Shown here: piece after piece, positions 28,142 to 37,958 of the stretch
Numbering within the stretch: position 1 is the first letter of the stretch
How the letters are laid out: each line of letters begins with the position of its first letter
Origin: an uncultured Planctomycetaceae bacterium
GTDB lineage: Bacteria; Planctomycetota; Planctomycetia; Pirellulales; PALSA-1355
Direction of reading: 5' to 3'
DNA length: 64,000 bases
Assembly: GCA_963715755.1 (NCBI GenBank)
Contig: OY970273.1
Span: 6,121,797 to 6,185,796 of the forward strand
Made by a program: the position numbers and the translations under genes
Notes under the pieces: model-generated
Databases searched by the model: none
What the model saw: the letters and a program-made list of their open reading frames with translations, nothing else
What the model was told of the DNA's origin: nothing

Positions 28142-29449
28142 CTAACCGATGAGCCCGGCGATCGGCGTGCCGCCGTCGACCAGCTTGATCGGCCGGCCGA
28201 TGGTGCTCATGTTCGATTTTGACGGATCGATTTTCAGACTCTGGCAGAGCGACTGGAACAAGTCGGGCACCCGGACCGGGCGGTCCGTGACTTCCACTCC
28301 GCCGGCATCGGTCTGGCCGATGACCTGTCCGCCCCGCACGCCGCCGCCGGCCAGGGCCGCGTTGAACGCGCGGGGGAAATGGTCGCGTCCGGCGCGGGGA
28401 TTGATCTTCGGCGTGCGGCCGAATTCCCCCATCCAGACGACCAGCGTGGTGTCGAGCAGCCCTCGCGCTTCGAGATCTGCCAGCAGGGCCGCAAACGGCT
28501 GATCGACGCCGGCGGCCAGGCGCTTGGTCGTGCCGAAATTGTCGGCGTGGGTGTCCCAGCCGTCGGAGACCACTTCGACGAACGTGACGCCCGATTCGAC
28601 CAGCCGGCGTGCCAGCAGGCAGCCCGAGGCGAACTGGCTGCTGCCGTAGGCTGCCCGGGTGCTTTCGGGTTCCTCGGCCAGGTCGAAGGCTTTCATCCGC
28701 GGACTCTGGATCATCCGCGCCGCTTTGCGATACAGCTGTTGATGGTCGTCCACTTCGCCGGCGGCCGGTTGGGCGCCGTCCCGTTCGAGCCGGGCCAGCA
28801 AATCGAGCCGGCGCTCGAAGCGATCCTCGCGCGTGGTCAGCGTGGTGTTGGCCGGCAGTTTGCCCGCCACGGGCATGACAAACGGATCGAACCGCGCGCC
28901 CAGCAGCCCGCCGCCGCTGGCGTTTTGCACGTTGCCCACGCGCACGAAGGCCGGCAGTTCGAGCTGGGCCTGCTCGACGTCCGTGCCTGCCAGTTCGCTG
29001 GCCACGATCGAGCCCAGCGACGGATACTTGACGCTGGCCGTGGGGAGGTAGCCGGTGTGCAACAGGTACGTTGCCCGGGGATGGCTGCCCTCTTTGCTGG
29101 TCAGCGAACGGACGAGGGCCAGGTGCTTCATTTGGGCGGCGACTTTGGGGAAGTTCTCGCTTGTCTCGATCCCGGGCACCGAGGTGGCGATGGCCTTGGT
29201 CTCGCCGCCGTTGGCGTGGCCCGGCTTGGGGCTGAAGGTTTCGAACTGGCTGGGTCCGCCTTGCATCCAGAGCAGGATGCACGCCCGGCCCTGACGCCGC
29301 AGCGAGCCGGCTTCGACCGCCAGCAGTTCGCGCAGGCTGAGCGTGCCGCTGGCCAGGGCGGCCACCGAGACGCCGCGCAAGAAATCGCGCCGCGGGATGA
29401 CCTGTCCGCCGCGAATCGAAACGTCCAGTTGACGGTGCAACAGAGTCAT
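28142..29449 (-). CDS. DUF1501 domain protein, sulfatase-fold and Tat-signal
   Basis: Taken from ORF 28142..29758. I place the start at ATG 29449 (MTLLHRQLDVSIRGGQVIPRRDFLRGVSVAALA). The sequences ILLWMQGGPSQFETFSPKPGH and ...GRDHFPRAF... are hallmark DUF1501 stretches. Confidence 0.85.
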   Translation of the reverse strand: MTLLHRQLDVSIRGGQVIPRRDFLRGVSVAALASGTLSLRELLAVEAGSLRRQGRACILLWMQGGPSQFETFSPKPGHANGGETKAIATSVPGIETSENFPKVAAQMKHLALVRSLTSKEGSHPRATYLLHTGYLPTASVKYPSLGSIVASELAGTDVEQAQLELPAFVRVGNVQNASGGGLLGARFDPFVMPVAGKLPANTTLTTREDRFERRLDLLARLERDGAQPAAGEVDDHQQLYRKAARMIQSPRMKAFDLAEEPESTRAAYGSSQFASGCLLARRLVESGVTFVEVVSDGWDTHADNFGTTKRLAAGVDQPFAALLADLEARGLLDTTLVVWMGEFGRTPKINPRAGRDHFPRAFNAALAGGGVRGGQVIGQTDAGGVEVTDRPVRVPDLFQSLCQSLKIDPSKSNMSTIGRPIKLVDGGTPIAGLIG

Positions 29450-29496
29450 GTCGTACACCCGTAGTTGGTGGCCGTGATTGGTGTGTCGCGTGAGCT

Positions 29497-31195
29497 TTAG
29501 CGCCGCGAAAGGAACTCGGTCGAGTTGACCAGGGCCCAGAGAATATCCTCGAACGCGGCGACCCGATCGTTCGTTGCGGTGATGTATGCTCGGCAGATGT
29601 CGATTTCGCTCGGCTTCGGCTCGCGGGCGAGGCTGCGCAGATACAGCTCGACCAGCACGCTCCGATCGTCGCTCGACGCCCGGAGCAGGCGGCCGAGCAT
29701 CGTATCGGGGTTCTGGCCGCGCAAGGCCCGGCTGAGCGGTCCGGCGTTCATCATCCACAAGGCCTGCGGGATCGAGCCGGCCACCTCGTCGCGGCGCACG
29801 CTGGGGTCATAGCCGAACGTGCGGAGCACCGCGCCGCGCGGTCCGGCCAGTCCCAGCCGGGCGGGGCCTTCGGGCTCGGGCCGTTGCAACGAGTTTTCGT
29901 CGATGTCCAGCGCGTCGCAAATCACATTGAACAGTTGATCCGCCCGCAGACGCTGCGGCCGATTGGCGGCCAGCGGCGCGCCGCCGTCGCCCTGCCGCGA
30001 ACGGCTTTCGCGCTGGTAAGCGGCCGTGGCCGTGATCGTGCGGAGCAGCCACTTGATGTCGTAGCCGGTGGCGATGAAGCCGGAGGACAGGGCCTCGAAC
30101 GTGTGCGGGGCGATCGGCTGGCGGTCGGGTCCCAGGTCGTCGACCGGCTCGAAGAACCCATGGCCCACCAGCTCCGACCAGAGCCGATTGACCAGCGCCT
30201 TGGCGAACCAGGGATTCGCCTCGCTGGTGATCCAGCCGGCCAGCTGCTCGCGCCGCGCGCGGTCGTCCAGCCCCGGGCTTTGGGCTTGCCCGGTGACGAA
30301 AAACACCGGCTTCATCTCTTGGCCCGGCGCCTCGGGATGATTGAGGTCCGGCATGAAGTGCTCGAGCGTTGCTTCTTCGGGCTGGCCGGCCACGCGCTTT
30401 TGCCGCGCTCGGTCGAGCGACACCACGGCCAGGCTGCGCGGATCGCCGGGGGTGCCGGGCCTCAGCCCGATGCGGGGAAAGAAGGCCGCCAGCTCGTGAA
30501 ACTGCTCGCGCTTCCAGCGATCGGTCGGATGGTCGTGGCACTGAGCGCATTGGATCTGGATGCCGAGCAGAATCCGCGACATCTCGGCCGTCGTGTCCGA
30601 CGGGTCGGCCATCTGCGCCAGGATGATCGCCGTGCTTCCCTCTTCGCTGACCGCGCCGCCGGCCGTGACGAACTTGCGCGATCTGGTCCCAGGGCACGTT
30701 GCGGTTGAACGAATCGGTCAGCCAGTTCGTCAGCGCCGGTGCGACGAGCAGCGCCCGGTCTTCCTTGCGGCGGGACAATATCACGTCGCGCCAATACCGG
30801 GCCCAGTTGTGCCCGTATTGTTCGTTGGCCAGGAGCCGGTCGACTTCGGCGCGGCGCTTGTCGGGCGACGGATCGAGCGCAAAGGCAATCACCCGCTCCG
30901 GCGGCGGCAACTCGCCCACCAGATCGAGCGACACGCGGCGCAAGAACGTGACATCGTCGACCACGGCTGCCGGCTCAGAGGCCGTGCTGGCGGGCGCCGC
31001 CGGATCGCCGCCGTAGGCTTCGGCCGCGAGCTGTGCGTCGATTTCGGCCGCGACGGCCGCCGGCTCCGGTGCGGCCACGGCCCGTCGCGCGCCGCCGCCG
31101 AGCGCAATGGCCAGTCCCAGTGAAAGTGCCAGGCTCCAGGCGACCAGCGCCCGGCAGCCCGGGCTTCGCCGAACGGAAGCGAATCGATTCGACAT
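29497..31195 (-). pseudogene. DUF1549/DUF1553 domain protein, reading frame broken near 30673-30682; frameshift or assembly indel
   Basis: ORF 29807..31195 gives a signal peptide and DUF1549 (DDVTFLRRVSLDLVGELPPPE...YGHNWARYWRDVIL...NRNVPWDQIA) before turning to junk. ORF 29497..30612 continues the same protein (…ILLGIQIQCAQCHDHPTDRWKREQF..., DUF1549 end plus DUF1553). The two join as ...WDQIA(R)KFVTAGGAVSEEGSTAIILAQMADP if one base is removed, or two added, in atcGCGCaag. Confidence 0.8.
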
Positions 31196-31766
31196 GGCCG
31201 GTCCGTTTTTCGTGGATGAGCAAGCTGCGTCTAGGAGCAGCTGCGAATTTTCAGTGGTCCAGCTGTCGGCAGGAATTCATTTCCTTTGGCCGCAGGCGAC
31301 CCCGGCGCGGCTCGAGCCGCCGGCGCGATTATTGTAGCCGCCCATTGAACCCCTCGGCGCCCGCGGAGGTTTCGCGGCCGGGGGGCTTTTTTCCAGGTTC
31401 GGGGCCGACAAATGGCCCAGAAGGCGGGAAATCTCGCGGCAGCGGGACTGGGCGGACCCGCCGCGGGCCGGGGTTTGCCGGCCGCCGGCCACCCGGGCGG
31501 CAATTTCGTTAGCGGCCGAACAGGCGGCAAAGTCGCTCTGGGCGACGGGTGTTTTGGCCACTTTAGCGCCGTAAAGTCCGATTTCGCTCGACCCGGCCGG
31601 CCCGCTTGGCGCATCCTTGAGCAAAGGGGGCTGCCGGCCGGCTGCCCTCCTTTTCTTCTCTTATCCTGCCCACATCGAGCGGGCAACAGCCAGCCGGGGA
31701 AGCTGTCGGGGCGGCGCGGCGCGCCGGCCGCCGGTGGCGCACCTGGCCCGTAGCGATTCAAGCGGC

Positions 31767-32876
31767 ATGACGCGCGTCGTCGAAATCAACGATCTCGAGA
31801 CCTTGGGCAGCTATCGTCTGCTCTGGAACATGCTGCTCGCGCAAACGCCCGGCGCCAGCTTTTTCCATTCGCTCGATTGGCTCGAAGTCTATTGGCGGCA
31901 CATGGCGGGCGATCAGCGTCTGCGCGTGCTGGTGATCCATGCGGCGGGCGAGCCCGTGGGCATTCTGCCGTTAGTGGTCCGGCGCGAGCCGATGCGGCTG
32001 GGCAGCGTGCGCGTGCTGACGTATCCGCTGCACGACTGGGGTTCGTTCTATGGGCCGATCGGGCCGAATCCCACCGCCACGCTGATCGCCGGACTCGGAC
32101 ACGTGCGCCGCACCCGAGCCGATTGGGATTTGATCGACTTGCGCTGGGTCGACGCCGCCCGCGACGCGGGGCGCACGCCCCGGGCGCTGGGCATGAAGCG
32201 CTTTACGGCCCAAGGCGCCCAGTGGGGCCAAAGCGCGCAAATCGAAATCCAGGGCGGCTGGGACGATTACCTCGCCGGCCGCAAGCGGAAGTTCCGCGAA
32301 AATCTGCGCCGCGCCGAGCGGCAACTGGCCGCCCGCGGTCAGGTCAGCTACGTGCGCTGGCGCCCCCAGGGAACCGCCTGGGGCGACGACGATCCGCGCT
32401 GGGACCTGTACGACGCGTGCGAGCGCCTGGCCGCCGACAGCTGGCAGGGGAGTTCGCAATCCGGCACCACGCTTTCGCACGAGTCGGTGCGCCAGATGCT
32501 GCGCGATGCCCACGTGGCGGCGGTGCGGGCCGGCTCGGCAGATGTCAATTTGCTGCTCGTCGACGGCGAGCCCGTGGCGTTCGCCTATGGCTATCAATAC
32601 GCCGGGTACGTGTTCGGGCTGCGCACCGGATACGACGCCAGCCAGGCCAGCGAAGGTGCCGGGACGGTGCTGTTCGCCCGGCAGATTCGCGATTCGTTCG
32701 AGCGCGGCGACCGGATCTTCGATCTGGGTTCGGAGTACCTGGATTGCAAGCGGCACTGGGTCACGCGGCTCGCGCCGAGCAACCATTACACGTATTTTCG
32801 GCCCGGAACCATTCGGGGGCAGGTGCTGCGGCTCAAGCGCTGGCTGGCCGGCGTGCATCATCGCCGCACGGCGTGA
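31767..32876 (+). CDS. GNAT-family acetyltransferase, CelD/BioF2-like (Acetyltransf_6-type)
   Basis: Taken from ORF 31617..32876. I place the start at ATG 31767 (MTRVVEINDLETLGSYRLLWNMLLAQTPGASFFHSLDWLEVYW...). The ~370-aa architecture and the ...KRKFRENLRRAERQL... segment are typical of CelD/FemAB-like GNAT proteins. Confidence 0.7.
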   Translation: MTRVVEINDLETLGSYRLLWNMLLAQTPGASFFHSLDWLEVYWRHMAGDQRLRVLVIHAAGEPVGILPLVVRREPMRLGSVRVLTYPLHDWGSFYGPIGPNPTATLIAGLGHVRRTRADWDLIDLRWVDAARDAGRTPRALGMKRFTAQGAQWGQSAQIEIQGGWDDYLAGRKRKFRENLRRAERQLAARGQVSYVRWRPQGTAWGDDDPRWDLYDACERLAADSWQGSSQSGTTLSHESVRQMLRDAHVAAVRAGSADVNLLLVDGEPVAFAYGYQYAGYVFGLRTGYDASQASEGAGTVLFARQIRDSFERGDRIFDLGSEYLDCKRHWVTRLAPSNHYTYFRPGTIRGQVLRLKRWLAGVHHRRTA

Positions 32877-32879
32877 GCG

Positions 32880-32970
32880 GAAGGCAGAAGGCGGAAGGCA
32901 GAAGGCAGAAGGATGAAGGCGGAAGGATGAAGGATGAAGGATGAAGGATGAAGGCAGAAGGATGAAGGCC
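32880..32970. repeat. 13 x 7-bp microsatellite GAAGGNN, directly after the GNAT stop codon
   Basis: The units read gaaggca gaaggcg gaaggca gaaggca gaaggat gaaggcg gaaggat gaaggat gaaggat gaaggat gaaggca gaaggat gaaggcc. A C/T-rich tract follows at 32975-33020. Confidence 0.9.
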
Positions 32971-33022
32971 GCCGAGCGTTCTTCTCTATCCTCTACTCTC
33001 TACCCTCTCAACCCCTCCCGCA

Positions 33023-33403
33023 TCAGTCCTGCTCGACGCTCTTCGAGGATCGCGACTTTTTGGAAAAGTGCGGTCCGCTCAATTCGGCGCGCTGCGTCGG
33101 GCGGCCGTGTCCGCCGCCCAACAGCCGATAGAAGAACAGGATCAAGAAGGCGCCGGCCGTGCCGACGACGAAGCCCATCGGGCTCATCGGCGAGATCCGC
33201 TGTCCGCCGGTGCAGTACATCAGCACGCTGCAGCCCATGAACGTGCCGGCGATGCCCATCATCAAGGTGGCGATGGCGCCGCCGGGATCGCGTCCCGGCA
33301 TGATGGCTTTGGCCAGCAGGCCCACGACGGTGCCGAAGCCGACCCAAGTCAGAAAGTGGTGCAGCCATTCTTGCACCGGAGCGGAAAAATTCACGTCGAG
33401 CAT
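33023..33403 (-). CDS. GlsB/YeaQ/YmgE family stress-response membrane protein
   Basis: Taken from ORF 33023..33511. I place the start at ATG 33403 (MLDVNFSAPVQEWLHHFLTWVGFGTVVGLLAKAIMPGRDPGGAIATLMMGIAGTFMG...). The transglycosylase-associated motif (G.lak.l.pg.dpgG...t...Gi.Ga..G) is present. Confidence 0.8.
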   Translation of the reverse strand: MLDVNFSAPVQEWLHHFLTWVGFGTVVGLLAKAIMPGRDPGGAIATLMMGIAGTFMGCSVLMYCTGGQRISPMSPMGFVVGTAGAFLILFFYRLLGGGHGRPTQRAELSGPHFSKKSRSSKSVEQD

Positions 33404-33726
33404 GTTCGCTCCTGCCGCGTATCTGGCTGGCGGACCGCTGCGCCGCGTGTGGCGATCGGGCCGGTTTCCTGGCCTTGTGATTCCCTTTAGCCGCTGACGT
33501 CCAAGGCGCACTGTTGCGCAACTTTGCGCTCCAGCGATCCTTAGACGTCAGCCGCTTTAGGGCGTCGTCCCCCCAGCGCCTCCCGTTCCCCCGGCAGCGG
33601 CCGCAAGCGGCTAGCGCTTCGGGTGCTTCGGGAGCGGCTCAAAGAGAGGCGCTCGACGAAACCGTGTCTCGGCAGTCATCCTTTCGCCCGGGGGCGCTCG
33701 GGTGGCTGCCGCTTCCTGAATCTGAG

Positions 33727-33966
33727 TTATTGCTCCTGCTGCTCGCGGTCGGCCGAGTAGGCCTTCTGAGCGGCCGCTTCACGCGAGACCTTCATCTCCG
33801 GACCCGGCGCGAAGTACTGCAGGTCGTCGGTCTGGTACCAGGGGCTGGGCAGCACCTGACCGCCAATCAGCGACTGACAGCCCGTCGACGCGGCCAGGCC
33901 GGAAAGCGCCAGAGTCAGGCTGGCCAATCTCCAGGAAAGCCGCGGTTTGCTGGGTTTCATTGCCAT
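33727..33966 (-). CDS. small lipoprotein, hypothetical
   Basis: 79-aa ORF. It has a signal peptide with the lipobox LAASTGC and a short mature part. Confidence 0.55.
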   Translation of the reverse strand: MAMKPSKPRLSWRLASLTLALSGLAASTGCQSLIGGQVLPSPWYQTDDLQYFAPGPEMKVSREAAAQKAYSADREQQEQ

Positions 33967-34478
33967 TTCTCCCTGGATTCATGCGCACCCGACTGGGGGT
34001 GCTGTCACGCGCAGTCGGCGTGCGGTGCCGGCAAGGTCCGGCGCAACCGGTGCAATTCGTACCACCGTTATCGTCCAGCGGTCGGCGAAACTTTGACTGC
34101 ATCCGGCAGAAAATCCCGGTTAGGGAGAATTTTCCGTCGCTCCCGTTTGCTGGCATTAAACTGGGCAGGTTACCCCCCGCCCAGGTCCGCCCGGTTCGCC
34201 CAGCCTGGGAACTTTGGGTATGATGATATGCGTCCGACTACACGAGGGCTTGCGCACGCCCCAATCGCGGCGCGAGCGCGGGGCAAACTGCGGCCAGGTT
34301 CCGGCAACCGGGCGGCAGTCTGTGGGCGTGTCCGAAGACCAGTCAGCGACAAGGGCGCCGCGGGCACAGCGGCGCGCTGAGTCTTCTTGCCGGCGGTCGT
34401 GAGGCGACTTGCGCTGGAGCTTGGGTTCTGTTCCGCACCGCCGGGGCAGATTGCCCGCCGCAGGCGGAGGCAGGACCG

Positions 34479-37400
34479 ATGCAGCAACTCCGACTCTTCC
34501 GAACGGCTTTCGGCCGCCTGGCCTGCGGGCCGGTTGCTCTTGCGCTGGCGGTGACGCTGCTCTCGGCCGCGCCGGCCCGGGCTCAATTGGGCCTGAGCAT
34601 TCCCTCGCCTGCGTATGCCAATTCGCTGCCGCTGCTCTACGACGGCGATTACGTTGCCGGCCTGTCGGCGTTCCAGGGAGACCTGCAAGGGGGCGTCAAG
34701 TCGGGCAATGCCGGGCGCTGGATCGATGCGATCATCTATTACACGATGTGCGGCGAGTGCTATTACCAGATGGGGCAGAACGCCCGCGCACTCGACCAGT
34801 ACACCGCGGCCCTGAAACTCTACACCGCCTTCTACGACTGGATGCTCCGCGTGCAATTCCCGGCCACGATCGTGCCGGGGGGCGTGGGCTCGCGGGCCGT
34901 CGTGCCCTGGGGCAGTTCGCGGCGGCCGACGCGCGTGGGGCAATTTCCGGCGCAGTTCAACACCCTGCAGGGGCAGATCAACAACAACGCCGTGGTGCAG
35001 CAAGGGGGCGTGATCCAGGCCCCGATGCTGGTGCCGATCGGCGCCGCCGAGATCGTCCGCACCACCACGCTGGCCATGCGCCGGCGGCGCGAGCTGATGG
35101 GCCCGGTCTGCAAGTTCGATCCCCTGACCAACGATCTGGTGAAGGTTCTCAGCGCCCGGGCCGCTCCGCCCAACAACTGGTCGCAGGCCTGGATCGACGT
35201 GCAGTTGGGCTCCGCCTATGCGTCGACCGGCAACCTGGCCCAGGCGGCCTCGCTGCTCGAACGTTCGCTGATCGTGGTGGGCGAGCTGGATCACCCGCTC
35301 ACGGCGACGGGCCTGCTGGAGCTGGGCCAGATCGCGCTGCAGGTCGGCGACTTGCCCCTGGCCAGCCGCTATTTCGAGGAAGCCACTTACGCGGCCGCCA
35401 CGTTCCTTGATCCCGTGATCCTGGAAGAGGCGTTCCGCCTCGGCGCTTTGACCCATTTGCTGGCCAACCAGCCGGGCGTTTACCCGTCGCTGGGGCCCGC
35501 CACCGCCTGGGCCCAGGCCCACGGGCTGGCTGCGCTGCAAGCCTCGCTGCTGACGCTGGCGGCCGAGAACTTCGCCGTGCTGGGGCAGACGCCCCGGGCT
35601 GTGGCGTCGATCGCCGACGCGGCAAAGATCGTCAGCCGGCGCTCGATGGCCAATGGTGCGGCCGGCGCGCGGCTGAACCTGGTCAGCGCGCTTGCGCATT
35701 ATCAGGCCGGACAGGTGCCTGCCGGCGACACGGCCCTGGCCGCCGCCATCACGTATCAGAAGCAGGGCTCGCTCTGGCTGTTTCACATCAGCCTGGTCGA
35801 CGGCCTGTACATGAGCGGCGACATTCTCGACCGCGTGGCCATGCTGCTGTACGACCTGGTGCTGCGCGATCCGACGCCGGCCGACTGGGCGACCAGCCCC
35901 TTGGAATCGCTCTCGGTGTTGATGACGCCGCACCCGCTGCCCTACGAGCACTGGTTCGAAGCGGTATTGAAGCGCAACAAGGAGCCCGAGCTGGCGCTGG
36001 AGATTGCCGATCGCGTGCGCCGCCATCGCTTCTTCAGCACGCTGCCGATGGGAGGCCGGCTCTTGGCGCTGCGCTGGGTGCTCGAAGGACCCAAGGAACT
36101 GCTCAACGAGCAGGCCCTGCTCGAGAAGCAGGACCTGTTGGCCAAGTACACCCGCTACCAGGAACTGGACGTCGAAGCCAAGAAGCTCGAAGCCGGCCTG
36201 GCCCAAAAGCCGGCGGTGGAAGAAGCGGCCGACGCCCGGCGCGAGCAGTCGCGGCAGCTCAACCAGCTGGGCACGATCAGCCAGGCGCAGGAAGTCATCC
36301 TGCGCGAGATTGCGGTCCGGCGCGAGCCGGTGGAGATGATTTTTCCGCCCCTGCGCAAGACCAAGGACATCCAGCTGGCCTTGCCCGAGGGGCACGCCCT
36401 GTTGGCGTTTTTCGCCACCAGCAACGACAACCTGTACGGCTTCATGTTCTCGAAGCAGAAATATGCCATGTGGCGCGTGGGCGCCACGGCCCAGTTGCAC
36501 CGGCAGTTGGTCTCGCTGCTCAAGGACATGGGCAATACCGACGGCAATCGCCAGCTGACGGTGCAAGATCTGAGCCGCGACTTGTGGAAGAAATCGGCCA
36601 GCAAGATAGTCGAGTTGCTGTTCGACAAATCGAACGTCGACCTGTCGGCCAAATTCGAAGAGCTGATCATCGTGCCCGACGGCCCGCTCTGGTACTTGCC
36701 GTTCGAGGCCCTGCCGGCCGGTCCGAAAGACGATCCTAAGCCGCTGATCACGCAAGTGCGCGTGCGCTATGCGCCGACCGTGGGCCTGGCGATTCCGTAT
36801 CACAAGACCGAAAAGCCCAATGCGGGCCCGACCGGCGTGGTGCTCGGCAAGCTGCATCCGCACGACGACGAATCGATCTCGCACGACGCCTTCGAGACGC
36901 TCAGCCGGGCAGTGGACGGGGCCGTGGCGTTGCCCCGCTCGGCGACCGTTCCCTCGAACCTGTTTCGCACGCTGCTGGACGGCCTGATCGTGCTCGACGA
37001 TATCAAGACCGGCGACGGGCCCTACAGCTGGTCGCCGGTGCAGCTCGAAGGAGGCAAGTCCGCCGGCGCGCTGGTCACCTGGCTCGCGCTTCCCTGGGGC
37101 GGCCCCATGCGCGTGATTCTGCCCGGCTTCCACACCGCGGCCGAGAGCGGGCTGAAAAAAGGGGAACAGCACGGCAACGATCTGTTCCTGGCCGTCTGCG
37201 GCCTGATGTCGACCGGCGCCCGGACCGTGCTGATCAGCCGCTGGCGCACCGCCGGACAAACCAGCTATGCGCTGGTGCGCGAGTTTGCGCAGGAGCTGCC
37301 GCACACCTCGGCGGCCGATGCCTGGCAGCGGGCCGTGCAGCTGGCCGGCGAAAGTCCGTTGGACGGCGATAGCGAACCGCGGGTCCGCAAGGCTTCGTCC

Positions 37401-37958
37401 AGCGGCGAAACGCCCAAGGCCGACCATCCGTTCTTCTGGGCCGCTTACCTGCTGGTCGATTCCGGCCGCCTGGCCGAAAACCAGGAACCGCCGCCGCCGC
37501 CGATGGTCAACGCGCCGAAGAAAGATCCCGCTGCCGCTCCCGGCGACGTCAAGCAACCGGGCAAGGGCGTGCCGCCCGTCGGCAACCAGGTGCCGGGCGC
37601 CGGATTGGGTCCCGGTGGCGGACAACTTCCCGGCGCCGGTGCCCAGGGTGGCATGCCAGGGGCCGGCGGCATGCCGGCCGATCCGAACGATCCGGCGGCC
37701 GGCAAAGGGCGCATGAAAAAGACCAAGGGCGCAAAGGATCCGCCCAAGGGCAAGACGCCGCCGCGCGCAAGAAGAACACCGATCCCGACGATCAATAAGC
37801 GGCGACCGGCAAAAGGCCGCAGTCGGCGACGCGGCTTCCCGTCGGCATTCCGCGGCGCGGCGCGCACGGCACGCGCGCTTTACTTCGGCCACTCGGCCTG
37901 CGGATCGAAGTTGATCACCTGGGCTTCCGGCGTCTGGGGGACTTGCGGGCGCAGATAG
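34479..37958 (+). CDS. secreted TPR-repeat / CHAT-domain (caspase-like) protein; C-terminal end uncertain
   Basis: 1159-aa ORF with a signal peptide (MQQLRLFRTAFGRLACGPVALALAVTLLSAAPARAQ) and TPR-like helical repeats. The CHAT-like region reads ...IIVPDGPLWYLPFEALP...RVILPGFHTAAES...LFLAVCGLMSTGARTVLISRW, containing a candidate His/Cys dyad. A Pro/Gly-rich tail follows. The last 79 nt overlap the convergent gene 37880..38458. An alternative frame would end ...ARKKNTDPDDQ* near 37797. Confidence 0.8.
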   Translation: MQQLRLFRTAFGRLACGPVALALAVTLLSAAPARAQLGLSIPSPAYANSLPLLYDGDYVAGLSAFQGDLQGGVKSGNAGRWIDAIIYYTMCGECYYQMGQNARALDQYTAALKLYTAFYDWMLRVQFPATIVPGGVGSRAVVPWGSSRRPTRVGQFPAQFNTLQGQINNNAVVQQGGVIQAPMLVPIGAAEIVRTTTLAMRRRRELMGPVCKFDPLTNDLVKVLSARAAPPNNWSQAWIDVQLGSAYASTGNLAQAASLLERSLIVVGELDHPLTATGLLELGQIALQVGDLPLASRYFEEATYAAATFLDPVILEEAFRLGALTHLLANQPGVYPSLGPATAWAQAHGLAALQASLLTLAAENFAVLGQTPRAVASIADAAKIVSRRSMANGAAGARLNLVSALAHYQAGQVPAGDTALAAAITYQKQGSLWLFHISLVDGLYMSGDILDRVAMLLYDLVLRDPTPADWATSPLESLSVLMTPHPLPYEHWFEAVLKRNKEPELALEIADRVRRHRFFSTLPMGGRLLALRWVLEGPKELLNEQALLEKQDLLAKYTRYQELDVEAKKLEAGLAQKPAVEEAADARREQSRQLNQLGTISQAQEVILREIAVRREPVEMIFPPLRKTKDIQLALPEGHALLAFFATSNDNLYGFMFSKQKYAMWRVGATAQLHRQLVSLLKDMGNTDGNRQLTVQDLSRDLWKKSASKIVELLFDKSNVDLSAKFEELIIVPDGPLWYLPFEALPAGPKDDPKPLITQVRVRYAPTVGLAIPYHKTEKPNAGPTGVVLGKLHPHDDESISHDAFETLSRAVDGAVALPRSATVPSNLFRTLLDGLIVLDDIKTGDGPYSWSPVQLEGGKSAGALVTWLALPWGGPMRVILPGFHTAAESGLKKGEQHGNDLFLAVCGLMSTGARTVLISRWRTAGQTSYALVREFAQELPHTSAADAWQRAVQLAGESPLDGDSEPRVRKASSSGETPKADHPFFWAAYLLVDSGRLAENQEPPPPPMVNAPKKDPAAAPGDVKQPGKGVPPVGNQVPGAGLGPGGGQLPGAGAQGGMPGAGGMPADPNDPAAGKGRMKKTKGAKDPPKGKTPPRARRTPIPTINKRRPAKGRSRRRGFPSAFRGAARTARALYFGHSACGSKLITWASGVWGTCGRR

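Noticed and set aside
28017-29282. 421-aa ORF (-) and several 100-360-aa ORFs overlapping the DUF1501 gene
   Set aside because: These are alternative frames of the same locus with Arg/Pro/Gly-rich translations. The DUF1501 frame carries the family hallmarks and a Tat signal.
31196-31766. ORFs 31231..31761(-), 31277..31624(-) and 31412..31753(+) in the 570-bp gap between the DUF1549 gene and the GNAT gene
   Set aside because: All three have biased or low-complexity translations, overlap one another in different frames and have no motif. I cannot support a gene or an ncRNA here, although the gap is long enough to hide one.
32941-33240. 99-aa ORF starting MKDEGRRMK...
   Set aside because: It is generated by reading through the GAAGGNN microsatellite and then runs antisense into the glsB-family gene.
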